Assembly: GCA_047602425.1 (NCBI GenBank)
Contig: JASGHG010000001.1
Location: 160,001-224,000 of the forward strand
DNA length: 64,000 nt
Direction: 5' to 3'
Origin: Nibricoccus sp.
GTDB taxonomy: Bacteria > Verrucomicrobiota > Verrucomicrobiia > Opitutales > Opitutaceae
Positions within the stretch are counted from its first letter, which is position 1, and each line of letters begins with the position of its first letter. Under the pieces are notes generated by a model that had not been told where the DNA came from, searched no databases, and worked only from the letters and a program-made list of their open reading frames with translations. Made by a program: the position numbers and the translations under genes. Positions 21,509 through 31,897 of this stretch are shown in pieces.

Positions 21509-23422
21509 ATGAAGCGCTCGTCGGCCCTCCATCTCGGTCTCCAAGGCAGAATGCTTTTGGCTTTTTTATGCAGTTCCCTCGCGACGCTGGTTGTCGCGTT
21601 GGTCGGCTTGTTTGCCATTCGGGCACTCTCCGGCAATCTCAACGAAGTCGGTCATCGCCGCATGGTGGCTTCCGAGGAAATGCTCAAAGCGAGCACCAAA
21701 ATCCATGATTTGCAGACGTTGCTGCGCGAAGCGTTGAGCTATACCATCGCCTCCGCCGAACGTGTCCGTTTGGACAACGAAATTTCCGCCGCGCGCGCCG
21801 ACTACCGCGCTGCGGCCGAAAAGGCCAAACCGCTTCTCGATGAGGATGAGTTGAAGAAACTCGAACTTTTTTCCAACCAAGCCAAGGAATGGGCGGCCAC
21901 CAACGACCAGATCCGCGCCAAAATGCGGACGATCGCCGAAAATAAAATTGATTCGCCTCTCACGTTGCAAAGCCAGTTCGAAGGCTTTCGCGCGGATCAC
22001 CTCCAATTGATTGCCACCGCGCAAAAACAACTCGCCAAGGGCGAAACGTACAGCGGAAGCACCGATCACACCGCGTGCCGCTTCGGTCGTTGGCTGGGTT
22101 CGTATCAAACTGAAAACACCGCCCTGCGCACCGCGATGCAACGCGCCGTCGACCCGCATCAGAAATTGCACGCCACGATCAAGGAGTTTCAACAAATGCT
22201 GAAGGACGGCCAGTCAGCCGAGGCCAAAAAGTTGCTCGAAACCGCCATGGTTCCGTCGGTGGACGCCACGGTCGCCATGCTCAAGGAGCTTCAGGCCGAG
22301 CCCACGGCAGCCATCGCCGCCCTGGACGAAATGAATCGCCTCGCCCGCGAGGTCAGCGGTCCCCAAAGCCAAAAAGCCCTCAAGACCATTGATGAGATCG
22401 TCGAGGAGGTGAACCAACAGGCTCAAGAATCGGTTACAGCCGCTGACAAACTCGCCACCACCGCCAAAACCACCAGTCTTGTCGCAACCGTTGTCGGTAC
22501 CCTGTGTGCGATTCTTCTCGGCCTCTACGTCGCCCGCCGCATCGCGCGGCAATTGAGGAACGTGGCAGGCGACCTCGACGGTTGTTCCGACCAGACCGCT
22601 TCGGTCGCCGCTCAAATCGCCACCACCAGCCAGAACCTGGCGGCCAGTGCAAGCGAGCAAGCGTCGTCGCTGGAGGAAACCAGCGCCGCGTTGGAAGAAC
22701 TTTCCGGCACCACCAATCAAAATGCCGAGCGCGCCCGCTCCGCCAATGACCGCGCCGCCGCCGCACGAGCCAGTGTTGAACGCGGTGCGACCCAGATGCG
22801 CGAACTGCAAGCCGCCATGACTTCGATTCAGGAGTCCAGTTCGGAAATCACCAAGATCGTGAAGACGATCGACGAAATCGCCTTTCAAACCAACCTGCTC
22901 GCGCTCAACGCCGCCGTCGAAGCGGCCAGAGCGGGCGAAGCGGGCGCCGGCTTTGCCGTCGTCGCCGACGAAGTGCGTTCACTCGCGCATCGCTCGGCCA
23001 CCGCGGCCAAGGAAACAACCACGCTGGTCGACAATGCCCGTCAGCGAAGTGAGCGCGGAGCCGCTCTTGCCGGCGACGTCAGCAAAAACCTTGAGGAGAT
23101 TTTGACCGAAACTCGAACCGTTGATTCGTTGGTAAGCGGCATCGCCGCCGCCTCGAATGAGCAGAGTGTCGGCGTGGATCAGATTAAAAAAGCGGCATCC
23201 CAGCTCGATCAATTGGTTCAAGCCAATGCGGCCACAGCCGAGGAAAACGCCAGCGCCGCCGAGGAACTCCAGGGCCAGACCGCAGGTATGCACGGCATGG
23301 TTCAGACTCTGTTGCAGATTGTGAATGGTAGCGGCTCACACATACCTTCGACCGAGCCCGCGCCAGAACCAACGCGTTCATTCGCGTCAAAGGCCGCCGT
23401 GCGCAAACTGGCTGTTCGGTGA
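21509..23422 (+). CDS. methyl-accepting chemotaxis protein with a CZB domain between its two TM helices
   Basis: TM1 at ~aa15-38, [11 protein letters not shown] and PHQKLH (CZB), TM2 at ~aa323-343, then [34 protein letters not shown]. Confidence 0.93.
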   Translation: MKRSSALHLGLQGRMLLAFLCSSLATLVVALVGLFAIRALSGNLNEVGHRRMVASEEMLKASTKIHDLQTLLREALSYTIASAERVRLDNEISAARADYRAAAEKAKPLLDEDELKKLELFSNQAKEWAATNDQIRAKMRTIAENKIDSPLTLQSQFEGFRADHLQLIATAQKQLAKGETYSGSTDHTACRFGRWLGSYQTENTALRTAMQRAVDPHQKLHATIKEFQQMLKDGQSAEAKKLLETAMVPSVDATVAMLKELQAEPTAAIAALDEMNRLAREVSGPQSQKALKTIDEIVEEVNQQAQESVTAADKLATTAKTTSLVATVVGTLCAILLGLYVARRIARQLRNVAGDLDGCSDQTASVAAQIATTSQNLAASASEQASSLEETSAALEELSGTTNQNAERARSANDRAAAARASVERGATQMRELQAAMTSIQESSSEITKIVKTIDEIAFQTNLLALNAAVEAARAGEAGAGFAVVADEVRSLAHRSATAAKETTTLVDNARQRSERGAALAGDVSKNLEEILTETRTVDSLVSGIAAASNEQSVGVDQIKKAASQLDQLVQANAATAEENASAAEELQGQTAGMHGMVQTLLQIVNGSGSHIPSTEPAPEPTRSFASKAAVRKLAVR

Positions 23423-23502
23423 CCGATCAAAAGCTCGGCGCTAAATACACAATATAGTCGCCGCTCTGGTCCCGTGGCGCTCAACTTCGCGAACGGCCGG
23501 CA

Positions 23503-24321
23503 TCAGAAGTGAAATGTGAGCCCAGCGTAAGGCCCGGACAACACCTCGGCCCTCGCCTTTATCCGGCGGTAGCCAACGCGGACGGAGAAATATTTGTTCA
23601 CGTAAGAAACCGATCCATCGCAATCCGTGATCGCATGGTCGTTGATCCAACTCCACGTTGGCGTGAAATTTAGGCCAAGGTGTTTGGTTGGGAAAATACT
23701 CAGCGGATAGGTCATCGAAAAACCGTCGTTTCGACTGCGCCCATCAAGGATTAATCTGCCGAAGCCCAAGCCAAATTCAGCCTTCTCGCTCCAGGACATG
23801 CGAAAAAGACCGTGCATCTGGATAAAATTGAGCGGATTCGATGCGCCGTCCTCGCGATAGTGCGTGTGTCGATATTGCGCGGCGAATGGGCCGAAACCGG
23901 CAAGCAGACGTCCGTCCACGCCTTTAATCCGCTCGCTTACCCTCTGATAATTCAGATCCGCTCTAGCAAAGGGCAGATCCGGCGCACCCATTTCTCGAAG
24001 AGCGATTTTGGGCAGCGTCGGATCGTCCGATTTTCTCACCCGCTCCATCGTCAAGCGACTCGATTGGACCAATATCACCGCCGCCATTTCCCAGAAAGCA
24101 TCCCCGAGAATAACCCCGCCCGAACTTTCAGAAGCGCAGTCATCCGTTTTACCAGCATGTTGTTTTCCTCGGTTTTCCGTCGCCGGTTTCGCCGTTGGCG
24201 TTGGTTCGGTTGCGGTCTTTTCGAAGTCGTCCAGACTTCCCGCCTGTAGTTGCCCAAAAGAAAATCCAATCGTTAAAAGAACCAAGATCGCCCTAGCCGC
24301 TTTGGGGTAATTTGGAGTCAT
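23503..24321 (-). CDS. hypothetical outer membrane protein
   Basis: Signal peptide, beta-strand pattern and C-terminal GPYAGLTFHF. Confidence 0.7.
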   Translation of the reverse strand: MTPNYPKAARAILVLLTIGFSFGQLQAGSLDDFEKTATEPTPTAKPATENRGKQHAGKTDDCASESSGGVILGDAFWEMAAVILVQSSRLTMERVRKSDDPTLPKIALREMGAPDLPFARADLNYQRVSERIKGVDGRLLAGFGPFAAQYRHTHYREDGASNPLNFIQMHGLFRMSWSEKAEFGLGFGRLILDGRSRNDGFSMTYPLSIFPTKHLGLNFTPTWSWINDHAITDCDGSVSYVNKYFSVRVGYRRIKARAEVLSGPYAGLTFHF

Positions 24322-24412
24322 GGCGCCATTTTTTTGGTTAGACCTACCGAGCTCAAACCTGCCGGGATGAACGGTTCAAACGCACGACCAGCGGAGCAAA
24401 ACTTGAAGGAAT

Positions 24413-25663
24413 TCAAACCCCGCCCGCCGCTGGCGCGGGCTCCGGCCTCGACGATGCCACGCTTGGCGCCTGTTTGCGAAATGGTTGTTTAAGCGAAAGC
24501 AATGTTGCCGAACGCCAGACCCATTCGAGCGGGCCGTAGTGAAACCGTTTCAACCACCAATGTGCACCGGCCAGCTGCACCACAAAAAAAGCCGCACCAC
24601 TCAGAATGCTATAAAACTGGCCCCACTGGCGGAACAAACCGAGTCCGAAGTTATAGTAGAGTGGCACCCAGACGAGCGCCTGCGTGACGTAGCAGGTCAG
24701 ACTCATCCGCCCGTACGGAATAAGCAGACGCAAAACACGCTGAACTTTCGTGAGGTGATAAAGTAGAATGAAGCAACTCACCCAAAGAACCATTTGCGCC
24801 AGTTGCGCGTACGATTTCACAAGAATCAGCGGCAGCCGGCGCGTCGGCCCCGCAGGAGCCCAGCCCGGAATGTGTAATTCCAAATAGTACAAAATCGCGA
24901 ATACGAGGCCGGCGACGACCGCCGCTCGTTTCGCAAAACTCACGCACCGATCCTTGTCCTCAAAGATTCGCTTGCGGCCCAACAGCAGTCCCCAGCCGAA
25001 CAACCCGAGCATCTGCACCACCCGGGCGTTGTCGATCATCCACCACCATTTGGCGAGATTGCCTTTGACCGCGTTGACCTGAATGACGTCCCAAAATCCC
25101 TGCTCGGCAAACACCTTGACCACCTCCCGATAGTAAATGCCCGAGTGCGATGGCGGCGGAACATAACTGCTGTCGAGCCATAACCGAACCAGCTGCCATA
25201 CTAAAGGCAGTTGCACCAGCAGCAGCCCGGAGACCCAGCCGAGCACACGGTTGCTCCAGCCGTAATAAATCACCAACGGCATGCCCAAAACCGCCAGCAT
25301 CGACAAAATGTCCCCGCAGTAGAGGAGGCTGTGCACATAACCGATGATCCCCAACACCGTGAGTCGCCACAAAAAGCGCCAGCGGAAGTTTTCACCACGC
25401 TGCGCCGCGCGATCGAGGAGGATGAAAAAGCTTAAACCAAACATCATCGCGAATAGCGAATAAGCTTTCCCCATGAAAAGGAACTGCGCCACCTCCTTCG
25501 TGCCATTGTCCATCATCCGCAACCACTCCGAAGAAACCTTCGGGAAGCGGTAGAAATCAAAGTGCTCAATCGAGTGGAGCAGCAATATTCCCATCAGTGC
25601 CGATCCCCGCAGGGCATCGACGATATCCATTCTGGGCGGCGGGGCGGAAAGCGGTTTGCTCAT
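24413..25663 (-). CDS. DUF418 (YeiB-like) membrane protein
   Basis: RMDIVDALRG, GKAYSLFAMMFG, YCGDIL, YGRMSLTCY and WWLKRFHYGPLEWVWR. Confidence 0.92.
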   Translation of the reverse strand: MSKPLSAPPPRMDIVDALRGSALMGILLLHSIEHFDFYRFPKVSSEWLRMMDNGTKEVAQFLFMGKAYSLFAMMFGLSFFILLDRAAQRGENFRWRFLWRLTVLGIIGYVHSLLYCGDILSMLAVLGMPLVIYYGWSNRVLGWVSGLLLVQLPLVWQLVRLWLDSSYVPPPSHSGIYYREVVKVFAEQGFWDVIQVNAVKGNLAKWWWMIDNARVVQMLGLFGWGLLLGRKRIFEDKDRCVSFAKRAAVVAGLVFAILYYLELHIPGWAPAGPTRRLPLILVKSYAQLAQMVLWVSCFILLYHLTKVQRVLRLLIPYGRMSLTCYVTQALVWVPLYYNFGLGLFRQWGQFYSILSGAAFFVVQLAGAHWWLKRFHYGPLEWVWRSATLLSLKQPFRKQAPSVASSRPEPAPAAGGV

Positions 25664-25810
25664 GATGAAACTGGAAACGTGCACAAGCGCACACCTCCAA
25701 GACGGTAGCTCAACAAAAAAGTAACAAGCGCTTATTCCTAAAATCGCCCGTCATCCGGGCGCGGCCAGCTCAAACATCAAATTCCTTTATCCCGCTTGGC
25801 CCGGGCATCT

Positions 25811-26638
25811 TCACTTTCTTCCGCTGGGCCGCATCTCGTAAGTCCGATAGTTTTCACGCCGTACCACGCGCCACTTATAGCCGCGTTTTTCGAGCACCAA
25901 CTCTTCGTCGTACCCCCAACTCTCGCGATAAACATGGAAACACACACGAGCCTCGGTCGCGGACTGTGATAAAATTTTAAACCCGTTCTGAGGTAGCGCG
26001 GTTCCTTCCTTCAAATCCTTGAAATACACTTCCGTGAATTTCCCTACCGCCGTTTCGATACTATCGCTTTCGGGATACTGTTCGTTGGCCGGCCTCTCCA
26101 AGGAAACGCCGCCGAAAGGCAGCAGCTCAATGGCCTCACCGTAATCCGAAAACTGGAATTCCGCGCGTATCCGTTTTTTGCCGAAAAGACCGCCCTCACG
26201 CCTGAGTTTAAAGTAAAGCCGCACCTGTCCGTTGCCATTCATCAACGTCTTGTTCGCTGAATCATAGGACAACGCGCACACCAACAACGCCGCGTCCCAT
26301 TTGATCTTCTTCAAAGAAGGATAGTTGAACTCCCACTCACTCAAGAAGACAAACCACATGCCAAATTGTAGATTCCAGTTCGTAGTACGTGTCCAAAAAA
26401 GTTTCTCAGCAGCGTGAGAGATTTCCACTCCCTCAATAGTCGGATTCCTCTTAACGAAGTCTGCAATCGCGCGCTCGATTTCTTCATGCTCCAGTTCTTC
26501 TTCGAGTATCTTCGATTCCTTCAATCGTTTCGCGTGGAGATCGGGGAAATAGCCCTTTGGAAGCTTGATCTGGAATGCGTCAGCCGAATTCGGCAACACC
26601 GCCAAACACACGAAAACAAGCAACGACAGCTTTCTCAT
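25811..26638 (-). CDS. hypothetical exported protein
   Basis: MRKLSLLVFVCLAVLPNSADA signal peptide; 275-aa ORF. Confidence 0.65.
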   Translation of the reverse strand: MRKLSLLVFVCLAVLPNSADAFQIKLPKGYFPDLHAKRLKESKILEEELEHEEIERAIADFVKRNPTIEGVEISHAAEKLFWTRTTNWNLQFGMWFVFLSEWEFNYPSLKKIKWDAALLVCALSYDSANKTLMNGNGQVRLYFKLRREGGLFGKKRIRAEFQFSDYGEAIELLPFGGVSLERPANEQYPESDSIETAVGKFTEVYFKDLKEGTALPQNGFKILSQSATEARVCFHVYRESWGYDEELVLEKRGYKWRVVRRENYRTYEMRPSGRK

Positions 26639-26720
26639 ACGTAAACCGACTATGTTGACCCACACCAAAGACGCGAGCTGATAAGATCGAGTTTGGTTGT
26701 TCGCGGCGCATTCCAATCCC

Positions 26721-26746
26721 AGCGCGCACGGAGTGCGCGCTCCACC
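26721..26746. repeat. single REP-like palindrome
   Basis: AGCGCGCAC-GGA-GTGCGCGCT followed by CCACC, the same foot as the element ending near 8050; immediately after the gltX stop. Confidence 0.55.
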
Positions 26747-26750
26747 TTGC

Positions 26751-28124
26751 TCACAGGGTCGCGGCGAATTTTTCGAAACGCTTCAGCGCGCGGTCGCGGC
26801 CGAGGACGCGGATCATGCCGGTGATGCTGGGGCCGACGTTGGTGCCGGAGAGCGCAAGGCGGGCCACAGCTTGATAGTCGCCGAAACCTAAACCTTTTGA
26901 TTCCGCCAAGCTCTTCAACGCGGTCTCGATCACGATGTCGTTCGACAAGTCCATCGTGCGCGTGAGCTCGATCAACTCGGCAAGGCGGGCTTTTGGTTCG
27001 CCCTTGGCGAGAACCTTGGCGCGCACTTTGTCGTCGATCGCGAAATCTTCCGTGAAGAAATATTTCGTGTAGGCAGGCAACTCTTCGATGCCTTTGATCT
27101 TTGGGTGCGAGAGTTCGATCACAGCGCGGAAGTACGCTTCCTCGGGCCAGCCAGCGGCGAAAACTTCATTTTTCTCGAAGAAGTCGCGCGCGAGTTGGAG
27201 GAATTTCTCCTCGGGCAGTTCGAGCAGGTAGGCCATGTTCATGTGCGCAAGTTTCTTGTCATCGAAACGTGCGTTGCTCTGGTTGACGCCCGGCAGGTCG
27301 AACAGGCGGATGATTTCGGCGATGGGCATTTTCTCGCGGTCGTCGCCAGGGTTCCAGCCGAGGAGCGAGAGGAAATTGACCAACGCCTCCGGCAGGTATC
27401 CGCGGCGTTGATACTCTTCGATCAGCGCGCCTTGGTCGCGTTTCGACATTTTGCCGGGGCCGTTTTGTTTCAGGATGAGCGGAATGTGGGCGAACTTCGG
27501 TACGGGCACACCGAAGGCTTTGAATAGTTCGACGTGTTTGGAGGTGTTAGAAAGGTGGTCTTCGCCGCGGATCACGTGCGTAATGTTCATCGCGATGTCG
27601 TCGACGACATTCACAAAGTGGAAAACCGGACTGCCATCGGATCGAATGATGACAAAATCTTCGTCCTCGACGCGCTCGACGCGTCCGCGGATCTGGTCGT
27701 CAATGACCGCGGGCGCGTTTTTGACCTTGGTGACGGTTTTCTTGCGATGCTCGTCGAAGACTTCGGAGCGTTCGCCGAGGAGTTTGAACCAAATGGCGCC
27801 GTCTTTTTCGTAGGTGCGGCCCGCGGCGGTGAGTTTGGCGAGATATTCTTTGTAGATGGCGTCGCGTTCGGACTGACGGTACGGGCCGAAATTGCCGCCG
27901 ACGTGCGGGCCTTCGTCCCAGTCCATACCGAGCCAGCGAAGACTGTCGTAGATGACGTTGAGGAATTCCTCGCTGTTGCGCTCCTTGTCGGTGTCCTCGA
28001 TACGCAGAATAAAAGTGCCGCCGGTGTGGCGGGCATAGAGCCAGTTGAACAGGGCCGTGCGGGCGCTGCCGATGTGGAAGAAACCGGTTGGACTGGGAGC
28101 GAAACGAACGCGAACTTGTGACAT
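26751..28124 (-). CDS. gltX: glutamate--tRNA ligase
   Basis: [51 protein letters not shown] and LLGW. Confidence 0.96.
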   Translation of the reverse strand: MSQVRVRFAPSPTGFFHIGSARTALFNWLYARHTGGTFILRIEDTDKERNSEEFLNVIYDSLRWLGMDWDEGPHVGGNFGPYRQSERDAIYKEYLAKLTAAGRTYEKDGAIWFKLLGERSEVFDEHRKKTVTKVKNAPAVIDDQIRGRVERVEDEDFVIIRSDGSPVFHFVNVVDDIAMNITHVIRGEDHLSNTSKHVELFKAFGVPVPKFAHIPLILKQNGPGKMSKRDQGALIEEYQRRGYLPEALVNFLSLLGWNPGDDREKMPIAEIIRLFDLPGVNQSNARFDDKKLAHMNMAYLLELPEEKFLQLARDFFEKNEVFAAGWPEEAYFRAVIELSHPKIKGIEELPAYTKYFFTEDFAIDDKVRAKVLAKGEPKARLAELIELTRTMDLSNDIVIETALKSLAESKGLGFGDYQAVARLALSGTNVGPSITGMIRVLGRDRALKRFEKFAATL

Positions 28125-28297
28125 GGGAGAAAAGTTTTTCCGCGGGCGCTGCACCTGCGGGACGCTCAGCAAGCAAGAACCGGCCCGCGCTGTCAAAGCC
28201 TCCGTCGCGCACTCATAAGTGCCGCCTGCGCCGGGCTCGCCGCACAAGAAGTGCAAATCTGACTTGTTCCAACCCAAGATGACCCGAAAATACCGGT

Positions 28298-28780
28298 GTG
28301 ATTTCCTCCAACGCCTCGCGCAAAGTTTTGAAGTCTGTGGCGCTCTTTGAAGCAGCCAAGGGTCTGATTGTCCTTCTGGCCGGCTTCGGGCTGCTTTCGC
28401 TGCTCCACCACGATTTGCGTGCGTTGGCGCTGGCACTGGTCGGCCGGCTGCATCTCGATCCCACGCGGCATTACGCGAGCGTTTTTATCGAAGCCGCTTC
28501 CAACACGACCGATGCGCGATTGTGGTTTATTGCGACGATCGGATTTGTGTACGCGCTCTTTCGCTTTGTGGAGGCGTATGGGCTGTGGTTTGGCCGGACC
28601 TGGGCTGAATGGCTTGCCGTGATCAGCGGTGGAATTTATCTGCCGCTGGAAGTATACGAGTTGTTCCGGCGCGTCACTTGGATGCGCATCACCGCGCTGG
28701 TCGCCAATCTTGTGGTGGTCGGTGCCATCGCGCTGGTGCTTTGGCGAAAAAAGCGGGTGAAAGACACGCCGTCAGGCTGA
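28298..28780 (+). CDS. DUF2127 membrane protein
   Basis: [20 protein letters not shown] and YLPLEVYEL. Confidence 0.85.
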   Translation: MISSNASRKVLKSVALFEAAKGLIVLLAGFGLLSLLHHDLRALALALVGRLHLDPTRHYASVFIEAASNTTDARLWFIATIGFVYALFRFVEAYGLWFGRTWAEWLAVISGGIYLPLEVYELFRRVTWMRITALVANLVVVGAIALVLWRKKRVKDTPSG

Positions 28781-28877
28781 TTCGATAGTGGCACGACCGA
28801 ACATTTGAACAGTCTCAACCATCATACCCGCCCAAAACACCTGCTAAGCGCATCTGTAAGCTTCCCCTCGAAACGCC

Positions 28878-29624
28878 GTGCAATCCACTCCCACGATCCA
28901 TCCGCCTTTCGTCGTCGCGCGTTTCGAAAATCTGGCCGTGGCGCAGGGATTTCACGTCGAACGCTTCGGTCAAATTGCGGACTGTCCGCTCATCGCGCTC
29001 ACCAAGCATCCGCAAGGTGCGCGTCCGCACATTTATCTTTCCGCCGGAATCCATGGCGACGAGCCGGCGCCTCCGCTCGCTTTGTTGCAGTTGTTGGAGC
29101 GTGGTTTCTTTGCCCAACAAGCGAATTGGTACATCTGTCCCCTGCTCAATCCCAGCGGTCTTTCGCGTGGCACTCGGGAAAACGCCAACGCCCTTGATCT
29201 CAATCGCGACTATCTCCACCTGCAATCGGAGGAAATTTCGGCGCATGTTCGTTGGTTAAGGCGTCAGCCTTCGTTCGACCTCAGTCTCTGCCTGCACGAG
29301 GATTGGGAAGCCAGCGGCACCTACCTTTACGAGCTGAATCCGGCCAAGCGTCCCACGCTGGCCGAACCGATCATAGCTGCCATCGCTAAAAACCATCCGA
29401 TCGACCATGCGGAAATCATCGACGGCCGGACCGCGCAAGGCGGCATCATCCGACCGGATTCCGATCCGACCAAACGGGAACTTTGGCCCGAAGCGATTTA
29501 TCTCAGCGCTCATCACACCGCCCTCGCTTATACGATTGAAACGCCTTCCGGGCATCCGCTCGACGAGCGCATTCGGGCGCAATGTCTCGCGATAGAAACC
29601 GCGGTTTCAGCTCTGGTTTTGTAA
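28878..29624 (+). CDS. M14-family metallocarboxypeptidase / succinylglutamate desuccinylase-like
   Basis: SAGIHGDEPA, NPSG, RENANALDLNRDY, CLHED and TIETPS. Confidence 0.88.
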   Translation: MQSTPTIHPPFVVARFENLAVAQGFHVERFGQIADCPLIALTKHPQGARPHIYLSAGIHGDEPAPPLALLQLLERGFFAQQANWYICPLLNPSGLSRGTRENANALDLNRDYLHLQSEEISAHVRWLRRQPSFDLSLCLHEDWEASGTYLYELNPAKRPTLAEPIIAAIAKNHPIDHAEIIDGRTAQGGIIRPDSDPTKRELWPEAIYLSAHHTALAYTIETPSGHPLDERIRAQCLAIETAVSALVL

Positions 29625-30452
29625 GAACGCGTCCACGTCGGCGACGTTCATGTGTTGTCGGACAAAAACCCTCAGGTCCTCGGGGAAAGTTGCGCGAAAG
29701 ACGTGTTCGTGTCCGGAGAGCGTGAGATCGATCTCAGCGCAGTGCAGGGCCTGACGCGGCAGGAAAATTCTCTCAGCCAGAGCCGAGGTCCAGCCGTGCT
29801 CGATAAAATCCAGAAAAAGCTTCTGGTCGGGGCCGTAGATTTTGTCGCCGACCATCCAATGTCCCAGCCAGTTCGCGTGGGCGCGGATTTGGTGCTTGCG
29901 TCCGGTTTCGGTTGCGACCCGGGCCAGCGTGAAGCCGCCGCGGGCCACGAGCGGCGTGAAGCGTGTGACCGCGGTCTGCCCCTGCCCTGCCGGCACGACA
30001 CAGTTTTTTATCGCAACCTGTCCGCTGTAGTCGGGCCCGAGCGGTTGATCGACGATGGTCTCGGAGGCGAGTTCACCCGTGAGAATCGCGAGATAAATTT
30101 TCGCGTAGCGGCGCTCCTGCGCGGCCATCTGCAGCTGACGGGCCATGTCGGCATCCTTGGCCAGCACGACCACGCCGCTCGTTTCCCGGTCCAGACGAAA
30201 GATGAGGTGGACCAATCCGCCACCGCCAAGGTATTCGCGCGACGCGCCGCAAAGGCTCGACCAAGGGCCGTCCTTCGACGGGTGGCAGACGATGTCGCCT
30301 GGTTTGTTCAGCACGAGCAGACGTTCGTCTTCGTACGTGATCCACGAGCGCAATTCTTCGGGCGTGATCTGGCGGGCAGCGCTCTGCGGTCGGGCCTTGC
30401 GCGGCCACGGGCCGATCGGGCGTTCGTAAGCGTGAGGCTCGGCATTGTTCAT
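29607..30452 (-). CDS. RluA-family RNA pseudouridine synthase
   Basis: LNKPGDIVCHP, FRLDRETSGVVVLAK, TGRKHQIRAH, VGDKIYG and QALHC. Confidence 0.93.
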   Translation of the reverse strand: MNNAEPHAYERPIGPWPRKARPQSAARQITPEELRSWITYEDERLLVLNKPGDIVCHPSKDGPWSSLCGASREYLGGGGLVHLIFRLDRETSGVVVLAKDADMARQLQMAAQERRYAKIYLAILTGELASETIVDQPLGPDYSGQVAIKNCVVPAGQGQTAVTRFTPLVARGGFTLARVATETGRKHQIRAHANWLGHWMVGDKIYGPDQKLFLDFIEHGWTSALAERIFLPRQALHCAEIDLTLSGHEHVFRATFPEDLRVFVRQHMNVADVDAFLQNQS

Positions 30453-31291
30453 GGTTTCGCCGCCTTCTTCTCGGCGGGTTGCACGCGGCCGATGATTTTT
30501 TTTGCGAGCGCAGCGGTCCACGTGCGCGGAAGATGCGATGCGCCCCAGGCGATGAATCGGTTTTTCCAACCACAGATCACGCAAGCCCGGCGCTTCGCGA
30601 GAGCGCGTAGGGAGATTTCTGCGACGACATCGGGGGTATGCCCCGGCCCACCGGGCACCGTGCCGGACTTCACGCCGGCCCGCGCGGCAAAACCCGTGGG
30701 CGTCGGCCCCGGGCAAACAGCCACGACCGCCACGCCGAGCGGTTTCAATTCTTCGCGAAGAGCAAGGCTCCAGTTCAATACGAAGGACTTGCTTGCGCCA
30801 TAGGTGGCAAGCAGTGGTGTGGGCTGAAACGCGGCCGTCGACGCCACATTTATGATGGCACCGCCGCGCGTCTTTAATGTCGGGAGAAAGCGTCCCGTGA
30901 TTTCGACCAGCGCGCGAATGTTGACGTTCAAAATTCCTAACTCGTTGTCCAAATCGCCCTCAAGAAATGGCCCGTGCGAGCCGTATCCACTATTATTGAT
31001 GAGCAACACGCGGCCCTCCGGCACCTCGCGGCTTAGAATGCTTAATACCTCCGCCACTCCCCGCAGAATTTCGGCTGTTTGGGAAAAATCGCACGAGACG
31101 TGGCGCAGCTTAAGCTCTGGTAATTTTATGTCCGGTTCTCGCCTTGAAAGGTTGCAAATGAGCATCCCCGGATGCACGTTTTCCACCAGCTTGATGAACG
31201 ATTTTCCAATACCGGAAGATCCGCCCGTCACTACGACGGCCGCGAAATCTTTTAGTGCTTCGCCTAGCGAAGTTTTGTCATCAATCGGCAT
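30449..31291 (-). CDS. SDR family oxidoreductase
   Basis: TGGSSGIG, LINNSG, NVASTA, YGASK and CPGPT. Confidence 0.92.
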   Translation of the reverse strand: MPIDDKTSLGEALKDFAAVVVTGGSSGIGKSFIKLVENVHPGMLICNLSRREPDIKLPELKLRHVSCDFSQTAEILRGVAEVLSILSREVPEGRVLLINNSGYGSHGPFLEGDLDNELGILNVNIRALVEITGRFLPTLKTRGGAIINVASTAAFQPTPLLATYGASKSFVLNWSLALREELKPLGVAVVAVCPGPTPTGFAARAGVKSGTVPGGPGHTPDVVAEISLRALAKRRACVICGWKNRFIAWGASHLPRTWTAALAKKIIGRVQPAEKKAAKP

Positions 31292-31324
31292 ATTTCTGTC
31301 AGTTAAACCCATAACAAAACAGTC

Positions 31325-31711
31325 ATGAACAGAAACAACAACCAACACGAATTAATCGTTTCCGGCATTCACCTCGAACTCACTCCCTCTTTAAAAACGT
31401 TCGTCAGTGAAAAGGTCCAACGATTGTTTCGACACGAGGAGCGCATCGTCCGCATCCGCGTGGAGTTGGAATGTGATACCAAACAATCGGTCGACAGCCG
31501 GTTCATCGCCAAAGGCCATGTGACCATCCAAGGCCCCGACCTCAATGCAACGGTCTCAGCCGACGAGTGCCACAAGGCCGTCTCGCTGATGATCGACAAA
31601 CTCGATCGCATGCTGGAACGCCGCAACAGCCTGAACAAGGTGAAGCGCAACCACCCGCATGCCGCCGAGATCGGCACCGAAATTCCCAAAACAGTGGAAG
31701 AACCGGTTTAA
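31325..31711 (+). CDS. hpf: ribosome hibernation promoting factor HPF/RaiA
   Basis: IVSGIHLELTPSLKTFVSEKV and AVSLMIDKLDRMLERR. Confidence 0.88.
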   Translation: MNRNNNQHELIVSGIHLELTPSLKTFVSEKVQRLFRHEERIVRIRVELECDTKQSVDSRFIAKGHVTIQGPDLNATVSADECHKAVSLMIDKLDRMLERRNSLNKVKRNHPHAAEIGTEIPKTVEEPV

Positions 31712-31737
31712 TCACCTACGTCTCGTCAATCTTAACG

Positions 31738-31767
31738 AGCCCGCCCTTCATCCGGCGGGCTTTTTTT
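31738..31767 (+). terminator. intrinsic terminator after hpf
   Basis: AGCCCGCC-cttcatcc-GGCGGGCT followed by a T run. Confidence 0.88.
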
Positions 31768-31897
31768 GCGTCCGAATGCCCCCGTGCGTCGCCCCGACGC
31801 GCAACCATTGCTGTTGCAATCTGCCGCCGGTCGGTTCGGCTGGAGCTCCGTCCGCCAACACAACCGCATCACACCTGACCGGACGTTCCAGTACGTA

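Noticed and set aside
19434..26750. Relics of the gltX 3' end mirroring the glnS array
   Set aside because: Searched the intergenic gaps by eye and found only matches of 8 nt or less.
31292..31324. Only 33 bp between the divergent SDR and hpf starts
   Set aside because: The SDR start is uncertain and overlapping promoters are common; not evidence of anything new.
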